Source: Anthoceros angustus
Taxonomy: Eukaryota > Plantae > Anthocerotophyta
Assembly: GCA_010909165.1 (NCBI GenBank)
Contig: VJWM01000044.1
Location: 372,001-436,000 of the forward strand
Direction: 5' to 3'
Length of the DNA: 64,000 nt
The position numbers and the translations under genes are program-made. This document shows, piece after piece, positions 39,400 to 51,130 of the stretch. Position 1 is the stretch's first letter. Every line of letters begins with the position of its first letter. Under the pieces are notes generated by a model that was given only the letters and a program-made list of their open reading frames with translations, ran no database searches and was not told the origin of the DNA.

Positions 39400-40630
39400 C
39401 CAAATGCCATATTGCCCATGCTGCACGAGGATGTTGAAGACAACCCTCCACTCATCGCTTTGTATGCAGAGTCTGTCAGGGACATCTAGGTGGATGCAAT
39501 AGCGGTGACCTTCCTAAGGTCTCGGGAATTGCCACAAGGGCTTTCACCTCGGAAGCAGGCCAAGCTACAAGAGAAGATGGCTTGGTACTATTGGAAGGAG
39601 AACATAATGTATGTCCGTGATTGTGCGGGAAATAGAATCGCACCCAAACTGGAGGATCGAGTAAGAGATATCACCTAAGTGCATGAAGGCTTAGGGCATT
39701 TTGGTGCCAAGCGCACCTACAGGCCCACACACTTTTGGGCAAGGATGTATGGAGATGTGGAAGGGGCTGGTCGCAGAATGTAGAGTGTGCGACCGAATGA
39801 ATGCAAGGATCACGGCCAATGATGTTGTGCTTCAGTCTCTGCCGATCCGAGGACTCTTCTACAGCTAGAGTGTGGATCTCATGCCAGACATGCCGGAGAC
39901 GCGTACTGGAAATAAGCATGTCATGCTAATGGTGAAGCATTTCAATAAGTGGTGCGAGGAGCATGTACTGAGGTTCTCACTAACCAGGGTTAAGAATTCT
40001 ATAGGGAATTTCAAGACTTGCTTCACAAGAGCTTGATTGATCATCGACGGAAGTCGAGAGATCATCCTCAAGCCGATGGACTTGGTGAACGCTTGGTGTG
40101 GACCTTTAAGTGAGCCTTGTGGAAGTATTGTCTCACGAATGACTCGAAGACATGGGACGAAGGGATGTCATACCTAGTGCTAGGGTATAAGGTGAGCAAT
40201 CAAGCAGCCTTGAGCAAATTTTCGCCATACTACTTGTTATATGGGCGACAACCATTTTTGCCAAACGTGATGCAAGCAAGGCTACAAGCACCAGTGGATT
40301 GGCGCACTCCGAATGATTGCCCACGAGACCTGGAAAGTGGGCCAAGCTTTTTTGACAGATCATGCTCATGGCAATGGAGAACCTTACCATGGTGCACCAC
40401 AGAGATCACATGCGCTATGCTTACACAAGAGGAGGGACATGGAAACCCAAGATGCGCAAGTTCGTAGTTGGAGACTATGTCTACCTACATCGGAAGCTAG
40501 CCAACACCTTGGAGGTGTCCACCAGTAGAGTCAGGCAATAGGGAATACCATATGTTTTGTGTTCAGCCACCTCTAGATAAGGTTCCCGAAGAAGGTTGGT
40601 TTTATTCACAGTGCACTACATGAGGTGCAT
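39400..40630 (+). mobile_element. Decayed gypsy-type integrase fragment with a C-terminal partial PHD finger
   Basis: HEGLGHFG, C..C.R, LQSLPIRGLFY..SVDL, GNKHVM, RDHPQADGL.ERLV and FSPYYLLYGRQP, with stop codons. YHMFCVQPPLDKVPEEGWFYSQC at 40546-40614. Confidence 0.8.
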
Positions 40631-40813
40631 ACGTGTGTAGTCCTACTAATGATAATGTTTTGACTTGGAGTCTCACATTATCATGGGGGATTGGTTTGCA
40701 CCTATATTTGGATATTAGATTTGTTTTACTTAATTGTCTGTTGAAGAAGTGCTTACATGAATGCAAGTGCTTACCTCCTGCGACAACTATGATGCCGTGT
40801 GATACTCATCTCA

Positions 40814-42457
40814 GTGCTTGGGTTTCGTGTTTGATTAGTGTTAATTAATCTAATTACTTATCTTTAAGTAAGTAATTAAGATTAATATAAAATACATATG
40901 TTAATTAAACATTGATTAATATTAATTCAATATTGATTACTATTAATTAAATATGGTTAGCAAATAGCTAAGAGGATAAGCACAAGTAATATGCTTTAGC
41001 ATATTATAGTGTATTCTTAGGATATTTCCGGTATATACTGATGCCAATAGATATCTTAGAAATATGTTGATGCCAAGGGCTCGTATATATAGACTCTTTC
41101 ACAAAGGACAAGCTCACATCATAGCTTGTACTCTAGATATGCAATGCAAGAGTGTTGTGAGGAGGCTAAAGCTATGACTCTGAAAGCGATGTGTGAGGAA
41201 TTTGCATGTTCTTATGGGACGTTTTGTGCCGCGAGCCACTCTCTCACGCCAAGCTGATCTGTGCGCGCTAGATAGCATCGTGCTAAGTGTGCTAGGCAAT
41301 GCTAGACCATATTATGCTTAGTGTGCTAGGCTAGCGTGCGAGGCTTGCTAAGGAGGTGCGAGGCTTGCTAAGGATATGCGAGGCTTGCAAAGGTGATGCT
41401 AGGCTACCATTAGCTCCTTAGGCAAGTACACAAGGGACCCTCTAAAGCCAAGGTGGAGCTTGAAGGGTGTGCCCAATGCATGAGGCAAGAGGAAGTCACT
41501 TGAAGAGGCCCAAGTCCCAAGGCTTGAGGCCAATAGAGCGGACCAAGGCCCAAGTCCCAAGGCTTGAGGCCAATAGAGCGGACCAAGGCCCAAGTCCCAA
41601 GGCTTGAGGCCAATAGGGCGGACCAAGGCCCAAGTCCCAAGGCTTGAGGCCAATAGAGCGGACCAAGGCCCAAGTCCCAAGGCTTGAGGCCAAGAGCTCC
41701 TTGTGAGTGCTCTTCCTTGGTCCCCTCTCTTGGCCTCAAGCCTTGAGACTTGGGCCCCTTCAGGTGGCTCCCTCTTGGCCCATGCAATGAGCACACTCTT
41801 CAAGCTCTACCTTAACAAGCCTCGCATTTCCCTAGCAAGCCTCGCACGCCTAGCAAGCCTAGCACACTAAGCATAGTATGGCCTAGCATCGCCTAGCACA
41901 TTAAGCATAGTATGGCCTAGCATCGCCTAGCACACTTAGCATACTAGCACGCCTATCTAGCATACACAGCAGATCATAGCTTGTAACAATAGAAGAGAGT
42001 AGCTCGCACGTCATAGCACAAAAACACATTCTCCCCATGAGAACAACACACAAATTCCTCACACATTGCTTTCGGAGTCATAGCTTTGGCCTCCTCACAA
42101 CACTCTTGCATTGCATATCTAGAGTACAAGCTATGATGTGAGCTTGTCCTTTGTGAAAGGGTCTATATATACGAGCCCTTGGCATCGGCATATTCCTAAG
42201 ATATCCTATTGGGATCAGCATATGCCAGAAATATCCTAAGAATACACTATAATATGCAAGAAATATGTTAAATCTTATTACTTGTGCTTATCCACTTAGC
42301 TATTTGCTAACCATGTTTAATTAATAGTAATCAATATTTAATTAATATTAATCAATGTTTAATTAACATAAGTACTTAATATTAATCTATATTAATTACT
42401 TACTTAAAGATAAGTCATCACATTAATTAACACTAATCAAACACTAAACCCAAGCGC
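40814..42457. mobile_element. Non-coding foldback element (near-complete palindrome), possibly non-autonomous PIF/Harbinger
   Basis: The left arm gtgcttgggtttcgtgtttgattagtg... is the reverse complement of the right arm ...cactaatcaaacactaaacccaagcgc. Complementarity continues inward to ~41700. TCA flanks both ends (40811-40813, 42458-42460). Confidence 0.85.
41507..41693 (+). repeat. 40-bp tandem repeat, about 4.7 copies
   Basis: Unit ggcccaagtcccaaggcttgaggccaatagagcggaccaa starts at 41507, 41547, 41587, 41627 and 41667 (partial). Confidence 0.95.
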
Positions 42458-43773
42458 TCATATTAATGTTCAAGAAACATGACATGTTCAAGAAACTAAG
42501 GTTGTGCAAGAAACTAGGAACTATTTGAGAAAGTAGAACTTGTTTGGGAAACTAGGGTTTTTGAAGAAAAGTAGGGCTTGTTTGGAGGACCTAAATATTA
42601 TAATTTTATTAAAAAAATTTGATTAATTTTAAAATGTTAAAATATGATAAAAATTAACTTTTAAAAATATGGAAATATTAAAAAAATAAAATATAGATTT
42701 TGACCTATTTCTTTTCAAAAAGTAATTATTTCGATATAATCCTATTGAACCACCCTTCCGGGTACTATTAAGACCACCTCTAAAAGCACTTTATGAATAG
42801 TGGGGTTGTCCCCTTTGGCATGGTGCCCTTCGTTGCCTTGTTCTCCTTTTTTTCTCAGGGTAGATGAGATTTCCCATCTCTTTTCTACAAAAAGTCTCCA
42901 CATTCTCGCTTTATGAATCTGAAGTTAGAATAGGAGTGTTATTTTTATTGCTTATGGATGACATGGTTTTAAAAAATGTTAATAGTATTCTTTAAATTTT
43001 TTGGTTTAAAGTAGGTTTCAAATTTTGTCTTCCTTATTTGAAGGCCATGTTGATAATCGCGCTTTGTTATTCTTATCCCTTGGGGATGAAATGGTTTTGG
43101 TTGAAGAAGGTTGACAATAGTTATTTCTTTAAATATTTTAGTTTGCAGTAAGTTTCAAATGTTGTCTTCCTTATGTGAAGGGTGTGTTGATCGTCCAACC
43201 TTTTTTAGAAAATTTTGTTGATTATCCAAGTGACCTTAGTAAACTAGACGTCATGCATGATCATAAATGTAAGAGTGTAAGACCATGTCCACCGAGAAAG
43301 AAAAACAGAAAAGAATTCGAGATGAATATACTTGACGAACATTCCACACCTTGCCATCTCAACTAAGAAGATATTATTACTCGGAATTTGTACATAAAAG
43401 GGGATAGGAGAGTACTACCATATAATATGATCATGCTGTTGGTATGTTGTTGTGACCAGCATGATATATACATCAAACGAACTTCATCTTGATTTATAAT
43501 ATTATTTTTCCACATTTGGAGAGGGTGTCACATCGAGACTCCTTTCCCACATTCTATCAACAACTTGCACAATGAAGCCTGCTGAATTCTGTCTCAATTG
43601 AAGCCTTGTATGTTCCGTAACACAAGCTTGTGGTTCCACCGTCCACGTTATGACGACGACTGAAGAACTGCCAGGCATGCACTCACCCAGGAAGCATCCC
43701 CATAGGCAATAGTACCGCACGGGTCCTGTGGTTCTAGCCTTTGGCAGCTGCCGCTGGGCCTGGGGCAGCAGAA

Positions 43774-44549
43774 ATGCAGCGGGGCTGCCTTCACCCCAGG
43801 GTGGGCCTTGTGTGGAGCTGCATTTTGGTGAGCTGCATCTCTAATTCGGTGCTGCATAGCATCGTGCTGTCGGTGGCAATGGGAGGCTTGGCTGAAGGGA
43901 AGAAGGTGCACATCCCCGACGACCTGGACGATGTGGTGGACAGCGAGGAGGACGAGGAATGGCGGGCTTGGGGCCAGCCCAAGCCCAAGCCGCCGCCTCC
44001 CTTCGACCCGCCCCCGGACATGACGGGCCTCACCCCCGAGCAGATTCAGGCGGAGATGATGAAACGCACCATCGGCCCCACTATTGGCTTTGCCAAGCTG
44101 CGCATAGATGAGAAGCGAGAACCGGTAGGAGAGCTGCTTCCAGGTGGTGCAATCGATGGCACGTCTGCTGACAGAGGTTGGTGATTTCCAGGATGTGGTT
44201 CCGAGAATCGCTAAGAAGTGGACCGAGCTTCTGAAAACCGGGTCCATCCAGGCTAAGATCTACGCTGTGGATGGCAACACTCTCATGTTTATGATATCCG
44301 ATGGGCAGGATACCATGGAGGTTAGTCGCTTCAAGAAAACACGCTTCGGGTAATCTCTGTTAAGTCCATTTGCATTGCATAACACTTGGTGGTGAATGAC
44401 AGGTGAAGGATTTCGTCCTGAGCCAGCAAGAAGCCTACGAATTCAAGTTAGGACAACAAGCATTTCGAAGACCAGGGGACCCTTCTTTGGAGGAAGTCAT
44501 GCTACGGATGCGAGAAGAGGAGGAATCAAACCCGAAGGATGAGTTGTGA
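43774..44549 (+). CDS. MESD (mesoderm development candidate 2)-like ER chaperone, 3 exons
   Basis: Signal peptide, VHIPDDLDDVVDSEEDEEWRAWG, IQAEMMKR..GP..GFAKLR. Introns 44125-44191 and 44321-44402. Ends PKDEL*. Confidence 0.88.
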
Positions 44550-44685
44550 TTACACTCTTATTCCTCCTCGGCTGCCTTTTGTCCGAGCCGTGACAAGCAT
44601 TCACCTCCATTTACCGTTTGCTAGTCGGTAGGGCACCCAGCTGTATCCTTTTTGTTCACGGGCAGTTGATAAGGAAAAACTCTCA

Positions 44686-47527
44686 TCACGCAGCAACTAG
44701 CTCCAAGCTTGATGGTTCCTGTCGTGTTGAAGATCCAGGGAACTGGCCAATGTCGTGACCTTCTATCTCTGTGAACCCCTTCTCTAAGCCCACACAAAAT
44801 TCCTCTGGGTTCAACTCACCTCTGTCTCTGTAATCAGCAATCTGCACAAAGGAGGAGCTGTAAGACTAGCATGGGTGGAAGAAGGGCATGTCACACACGT
44901 GGAATAAGACCAAAACTCACATGCTCCGCCATTGCAATGCCACTGATAGCTGCGGCCTCTAGGCTTGATCCAAGAAGCCAGTCCCCGCATATTCCAACAC
45001 GGGAGAAAGCGTCAAATATACACGGCAGCCCTGGAGTATTCGTGGGCAAACCAGCGCCCCTGCACAACAGGGGCCAAGCTGCCATGTCACTTCTGACACT
45101 GTTGCAGAAGGCCAACAGAGTACTCCCCAGAGACCTCACTCACCAGAGCTGAACCTTGGAGTAAAAAGGTTTGGGCATTGAGCCCTCCTCAAGGCCTAGT
45201 GCAGCCTCCACCCCCTGTAGCATCTCCCTGGTCACTCTTTGTGCTCTCACAACAGGTATACTCTCCTGCAGATCAGGAACAAGTTAGCGCTGTAATTTGT
45301 CTGATTACAACTTGCAAGACAGGGTTGATACATTAGTACCTGAGGAACTTTATTCTTCTTGCCATATTGTGCTGAACTGAAAAACGTGTAGCAGTGAGGA
45401 GCGGCATCCCGGGACAGCTTGCTTGTATTATTGCCGATCCATGTCACTGCGTTAACTCCCTCCACGAATGCACCAGCAAGGTGGCCTCCAGGCACTCCTT
45501 GAGGTGCAGGGAGGGGGTCATCGAATGCCGCCATGAGTGCCCAGATGGAGCTCAACTCCATTCTCTGTGAGCAGCAATGGGGACTGGTTAGGGAGATGTG
45601 ACTGAGGGGGAACAACATCATTTGCTCGACATAGACCATGCTACACGCTTACTTTCATTTGCTTGTAGATGAATGGAGCACCTGCTGGTGCAAGAAGGCG
45701 ATTTGCACACTTTCCTGCATGACAAGGGAGTAAACTTAAACTGGAAATGCAATTAATCAAGTGAAGCACTGGAGGGTTAAATGGATCCCATTCGAAAGGA
45801 AGCAACACTCACCATTGTGAGCAATAACCACTGCATCAAAGTTGCCCTCTGGATTTTTATATTCACTCAAACTCCAGCGGCTGTTATGGGGATACATCCT
45901 GCTAATCCAGACGGGTCTCCTGACTGTAATTAGTTTGCTCTGCAGACAAACCAAGAGACGACAGATAGATGCTCAAATCTCACAACCCAAAGCAATGATA
46001 GTTCCCCCACACTTCTCTGCTTAGCAAAGACCATATTTCACATCCTGCCTACAGGCCAAAAGACCTCTGGTAGGAATATACATCTAGCCTCACCTGAGAA
46101 ACCAAATGGTCTGCAAGAAGACGCATCCCATGGCTGCCAACGTACCTAGCAGCAGGTGGGAGCTCAGTGTACTGCCCTCCTGCTTGCAAGGTTCCCAAGG
46201 AGCCAGTCCATTCCTTGACAGCTCCCTGTGACACCCACTGATCCACAAGCTTTTGGAAACGTGGATCTGTCACGGTAAAGAACTGGGCAGCATGATCGAA
46301 GATCAGGGGTGCTGACCCCTCTCGCAGCTCGATGTGCCTTGTTGCCATGCGTCCTCCAAGACCATGCTTCCCCTGCGAGGACAGCATTGGGCCAGACGTC
46401 AGGTCAGCATCCAGACGCAGCGCTTTTCGACGAAGATCCATGTGTCAAACATACATGGAAAAGAACGACCAATACCCAGCAACACCACATGGGTCAGAAA
46501 CACTGACCGTGTCAAAGACTGTTGAGCGTATTCCAAGCTTTTCCAGCGTCAGAGCACATACTAGGCCAGACATCCCTCCCCCTAGAATTGCTACTTCAGG
46601 GTTCTTATTCATGACCCGCTCATGAGTGATTTGTGGGGCAATGGCAGGTTCTCTCACCCTCTTCTTCTTCTCTGTCTTGAAAGCTTCATCCCTACCCCCC
46701 TCAAAGAAGTCACGACCTGTTTCACCTTCCTCCCCCTCTGCTTCTCCTTCCAATCCCCCATCACTCTGAAATGGGGTTGCATTATTCCTTCTGCCCCCAA
46801 ACCTGGAGCCTGCCGTGTTGGCTCCCCTATCACCATCCCTCTGAAATCGTGAACCTACATCTCCTTTCCTATCACCATTCCACTCCCTGGACCTCGTCTC
46901 TGTGCTACCACCCCTAACATCCCGATCTCTGTCCCTGCCCCAAGCGGTGGACCTACTCACTCCCCTGTCTGGCTGCCTAATTGATTCACCTCGTTGCTGT
47001 TGCTGATCCTCCCCACGTCTGAAATTCACTTCACTCCTATCCCCTGAAAATCTCTTCACATACACAGAGTCTTCCTCCTCCCGCCGGAAGGCCGGCCTCC
47101 TTTCCTCTGAGGACCCAACTCTAGGTCTGTCATTGTAGCCCTCCCTACCCGCCGGTCTCCTCCCGGAATCTCCTTCCCTCCTGTCATCCCTGCCTCTGTA
47201 CGACCCCCCTCCTTCCTTCCTGTCATCCCTGCCCCTGTACGACCCTCCTCCTTCCCTCCTGTCATCCCTGCCCCTGTACGACCCCCGAATGCTCATGCTC
47301 TGGAGTCCCAGTGGCCTCCCTCCAACCTCGTCCCCATGTAAACCTGCAGAATCATCCTCAGGGGAGTACAATGCACGCTTGTCACGACCGAACAAGGAGT
47401 CGGAAGACGAGATAGAGCGCAGCAGGTGGGTGGGAGGTGCCGAGTTGGAACAAGTCGAGGACCAATGCGAGACCAAGCGCAGGGAAGACGAGGGAACGCT
47501 GCACTGCGCAGCTACAGATGTGAACAT
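44686..47527 (-). CDS. Plastid-targeted renalase-like FAD/NAD(P)-dependent oxidoreductase, multi-exon
   Basis: VAILGGGMSGLVCA (Rossmann fold), GKHGLGGRMATR, FDHAAQFFTV, FDAVVIAHNG, GICGDWLLGSSLEAAA.SG and HDIGQFPG. Transit peptide plus an RG-rich N-terminal region. Confidence 0.9.
47175..47292 (-). repeat. 39-bp coding tandem repeat (GGSYRGRDDRREG, about 3 copies)
   Basis: cctgtcatccctgcccctgtacgaccc... is repeated three times in exon 1 of the oxidoreductase. Confidence 0.9.
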
Positions 47528-47872
47528 GGCTTGTGAGCTGCTACAAGCCCACCGAAGTTAGCAAGGGCGATCGGTTTTGCTAATAGCTGCAGCGTTGTCA
47601 TCCAGTCAGATTCCCATGAAGCCCTGCAGATCTACAGTCACGCCATACCGAAAAAGGAGTGAAAGTGTTCGTTTACAGCTAAAACCACCGTTTGTTCCGA
47701 GGGGATCGGTGGATGCATTCGGTGGCAGGTGGCATACTCCAACTATGTGATCTGCTTTCCTGGTTCTTGCCATCAGGATACCAGCGGCTGCCTTTTGGGC
47801 ATTGGTGTGCTATTGAGACCAAGGACTTATCTGAGCCATGTAGTGGCTGTCGTCGACTCCCAGCCACTGGGC

Positions 47873-48529
47873 ATGGCTGCAGCCTGCGGGCACTGTGCCT
47901 TGTTGGGCTTGCCTGAGGTTAAACCTCTCGGAAGGGTGGTATCCGTGTGCTCCAGAAGGTCCACCTGTGCAATTGGGTCTTCCCCTGTCTGGAGAAGCGG
48001 ATCCGGATCCAAGAGGGCGTGTGCACTTGCATTTGGCCTAAGAGACAGGCAAATTTTGTTGCGTAGACAAGCCTCCTCGGGGAACCGTGGTGGAGATGAC
48101 GAAGAAGACGAGGACAGCGACGACGAAGACGCAGCACAAGGAAGTGGGCGGGACGAAGTGGAGCAAGAGGAGGTTCAGCCGACGGAGGAGGCGTCTGGTT
48201 GGGGTTGGAGGTTTCCATGGGGTAGGAACAGAGACAGGGAAAGGAGGGAGCGGCAGGCAAGAGATGAGGAAGCAGAACGGGCACGGAAGGAGAGGGATGG
48301 CATCTTCATGTTGGACGTAGATAACGAAAGCTTGGAGCTAAGGTGGCAGGATCTCCTCGACCCCACGGTGGAGAATGTCCTGGCTCTCATATTAACCGGC
48401 TGCCTGGTTCTAGCGGTAGGGCAAATTCTGTGGCAACTCTTTGTTGTGGCAGCGGCCATCACTGTCTCGGCCATCAAATACACCGTGCTTGCAATTTTCC
48501 TCATTGCCATCCTGGTGTTCCTTGTTTAG
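47873..48529 (+). CDS. Uncharacterised plastid-type membrane protein, intronless
   Basis: Transit-peptide-like N-terminus (MAAACGHCALLG), an acidic tract, then LRWQDLLDP..ENVLA and C-terminal hydrophobic helices. Divergent from the oxidoreductase gene. Confidence 0.7.
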   Translation: MAAACGHCALLGLPEVKPLGRVVSVCSRRSTCAIGSSPVWRSGSGSKRACALAFGLRDRQILLRRQASSGNRGGDDEEDEDSDDEDAAQGSGRDEVEQEEVQPTEEASGWGWRFPWGRNRDRERRERQARDEEAERARKERDGIFMLDVDNESLELRWQDLLDPTVENVLALILTGCLVLAVGQILWQLFVVAAAITVSAIKYTVLAIFLIAILVFLV

Positions 48530-48830
48530 AGTGAACAGGGTAGCTTTCACCTCGAAACGTGCAACATTGAAATTCGCGTTCCAGCACGAACAAGATCAAC
48601 CTCATCATCTGGAGTTCCTGCTTCCTAGTTTCAGAATTTGAAAGCTTGTGCATCTTGAAAACAGAAATTGAGAAGGTCCATCCCAATACAATTGCACCCG
48701 TAGCCCGCTTTCAGCAGTTTCTGGTGACCACCAGCCCGCTTAGTATCCATACGGTGCAGTAGTTCATTGTACCCCCAACGATGGAATCTGCCAGTACTTG
48801 TTGGGATTTGCATGTGAAGAATGTGAGCGG

Positions 48831-50720
48831 ATGATGAGCAGAGGGATGGAAAGCTGCTGGCTCACAGCTGCCTCCATGCGTGAGCCGCGCCCAGCATGGA
48901 CGGCGATACACTGGAGGTTTGGAACTGCGGTGTCCTTGATGAAGTGGGAGAGGCTCCCAACTCCAGCCTGCCTCCCTGCTGTTTCGACTTGCAACATGAA
49001 GCAGGTGCAAGCAACCCAGCATCGAGGGAGAAGTAGGAGCACGCAACCAGTAGGATGGTGCTGCGGTGTTCCACCAGGTGACTATGGAATGGGCAAGAGC
49101 AGCGTTTGCAGTGCAGCAGTAGGAGTAGCAGCAGCAGATGATGATTGTTACTGGGAAAAATTGCAGCTGCCGGAGGCATCATATGAGTCTGAAGGTGAAG
49201 AGTGGGAGTCTGTTGACAGTAGCGGAGTGTGGGAACATAGTGGCCGAGGGGTTGTTGCTCAGAAGCTTAAGCAGGGAGAGGATCCCGTTACCGTTTTGCA
49301 GGAAATCGGAGGAATTAGTGCTGCAGTGCTGTGGGATGTGCTTGCTTTCCTCATGGAGCACAGCCGCTTCACCCAGGCATTTCAGGTTACTATTTCCTCC
49401 TCTCCAAGTGAAAGTAGACTGGCGATTGCGCACCCTTTTGTGGGTTGGATCGGTCTCAGCCATGTCTGTATGCTTTGATTAACGACTTTTTGTTTTGCTA
49501 CACAGGTGGTGGAGTGGTATCGAAAGCAGGATGACTATGATCCTGGAGAAGTGCAGTATTCCAAGTTCATCAACATTGCAGCCAAGGCAAAGAGAGCTGC
49601 CAAAGCACAAGAGCTCTTTGATGAGATGGTAGGCAAAGGCATACTGCCCACATTCCATTCCTACACCTGCCTTTTGCATGCATATGCGGACTCAGACTTG
49701 TTCCATGAGGCTGAGAAAGTGCTGTCCGACATGGTGGAGAAGGGTTGCAAGCCCTCCGCAGTCACATACTCGTGTTTGATTCATGCTTATGGCAGGAACA
49801 ACATGTTGGATGAAATGGCTAAGCTGTTCAACGACATGAAGACTGTCAGTTGTTCCCCTGACCCTTTCACCTATGCCACCTTGATTCGAGCCTATGCCAG
49901 GGGTGGTCTTATCAAGAGAATGACCAAGACATACAAGGAAATGGGAGCTCGTGGCTGGGGAAGGAATGCACCTTGTGTGAACCACATGATACAGGCATAT
50001 GCAGTTGCTGGGTTGATAAAGGAAATGGAAGCAGGCTACCAATACCTGAGGAATGAGAGACTGGCGGTTGGAGAGGATAGCATCAGGGCTATGGCTCTCG
50101 CATATATCCGGAAATGCTTTTTCTTCCAACTTGGAGTGTTCGTGAAGAATGCAGGTTTAAAGCGGAACAACGTGAAGAACCTGCTGTGGAATCTTCTTCT
50201 GCTTTCGTTCGGAGCAAATTTTTCCATGAAAAATCTCGAGCGGGAGTTCGCAAACATGAGGTTGGCTGGATTCCGCGCCGATATAACAACGTTCAATATA
50301 CGGGCACGAGCGTTCTGCAACATGCACATGTACTGGGACCTCCACATCACTGTGCAGCACATGCTGGCCGAGGGCATTCAGCCTGACTTGATCACATTTG
50401 AGGCGATTATTGATGCGTATCTGGATGGAAGGTTGGAGGCAAAGCTTGCTGACGCATTGCAGGAAACCCGGTCATTGCACTTACACCCAGAGATCAGGAC
50501 AGAGTCCTTCGTTGTCGAAGCATTTGGTAAAGGGAATTTCCATGCGTTCTATGAGGAGCTCTCCGGTCACCTTTCAGAAGAGAAGGCAAAACAAGTGACT
50601 TATGCAGACATCGTTAGCCTTTACTTGGAATATGTGAAGCGCAAAAGCAAACAGGACAAGCCTCAGCAGCGGAGTCCTCAAGCAAACATCCTCAAGACAC
50701 AAGGTCATTTCAACCTTTGA
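48831..50720 (+). CDS. P-class pentatricopeptide repeat protein (resembles the At3g42630 type), 2 exons
   Basis: Tandem 35-aa repeats (SYTCLLHAYA, TYSCLIHAYGR, TYATLIRAYAR), NLLWNLLLLSFGANFSMKNLEREF and DITTFNIRA. Intron ~49387-49506. Start codon uncertain. Confidence 0.9.
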
Positions 50721-51130
50721 CCGGAGGGGGCTTATGTGAGTTGGACAACAAAGATTGGCGACATGGTTCCGACCTTCGAATATGCGTCGGTCCTCCATGG
50801 AGAGGGTAAGGTGCTCGGATAATATTCGGCCATGCAAAACTGAAGGTTTTTTTCATTGTCAGCTAATGAGGAGCATGTTTTGCAGGGTGTCCTATTACGT
50901 TGCCAATTTGCATACTGTTGAAGTACCTTCTTGTGCTCCCGGACTAGGTAGCCCCATCACAAGTGCCCTTCCCACACATTCCACGAGTCTCAGATGGTTG
51001 GAGCGGTCAAATGTCTGGGGTGGTGAATACCGAATACAATATGTGAGTGCTGCCCATCCGACTTAGACAAGCTTCATTTACTTTCAGTGCGGACGGTCAA
51101 TCCTGGATCGGGTCCCTTGTGTAGATGTTT

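Noticed and set aside
41507-41693. Regular repeats resembling a CRISPR array
   Set aside because: The units are contiguous near-identical 40-mers with no unique spacers; no cas genes; eukaryotic context.
41399-41803. ORFs of 128-134 aa across the minisatellite
   Set aside because: Open only because the repeat lacks stops on that strand; the peptide cycles through the frames of the 40-bp unit.
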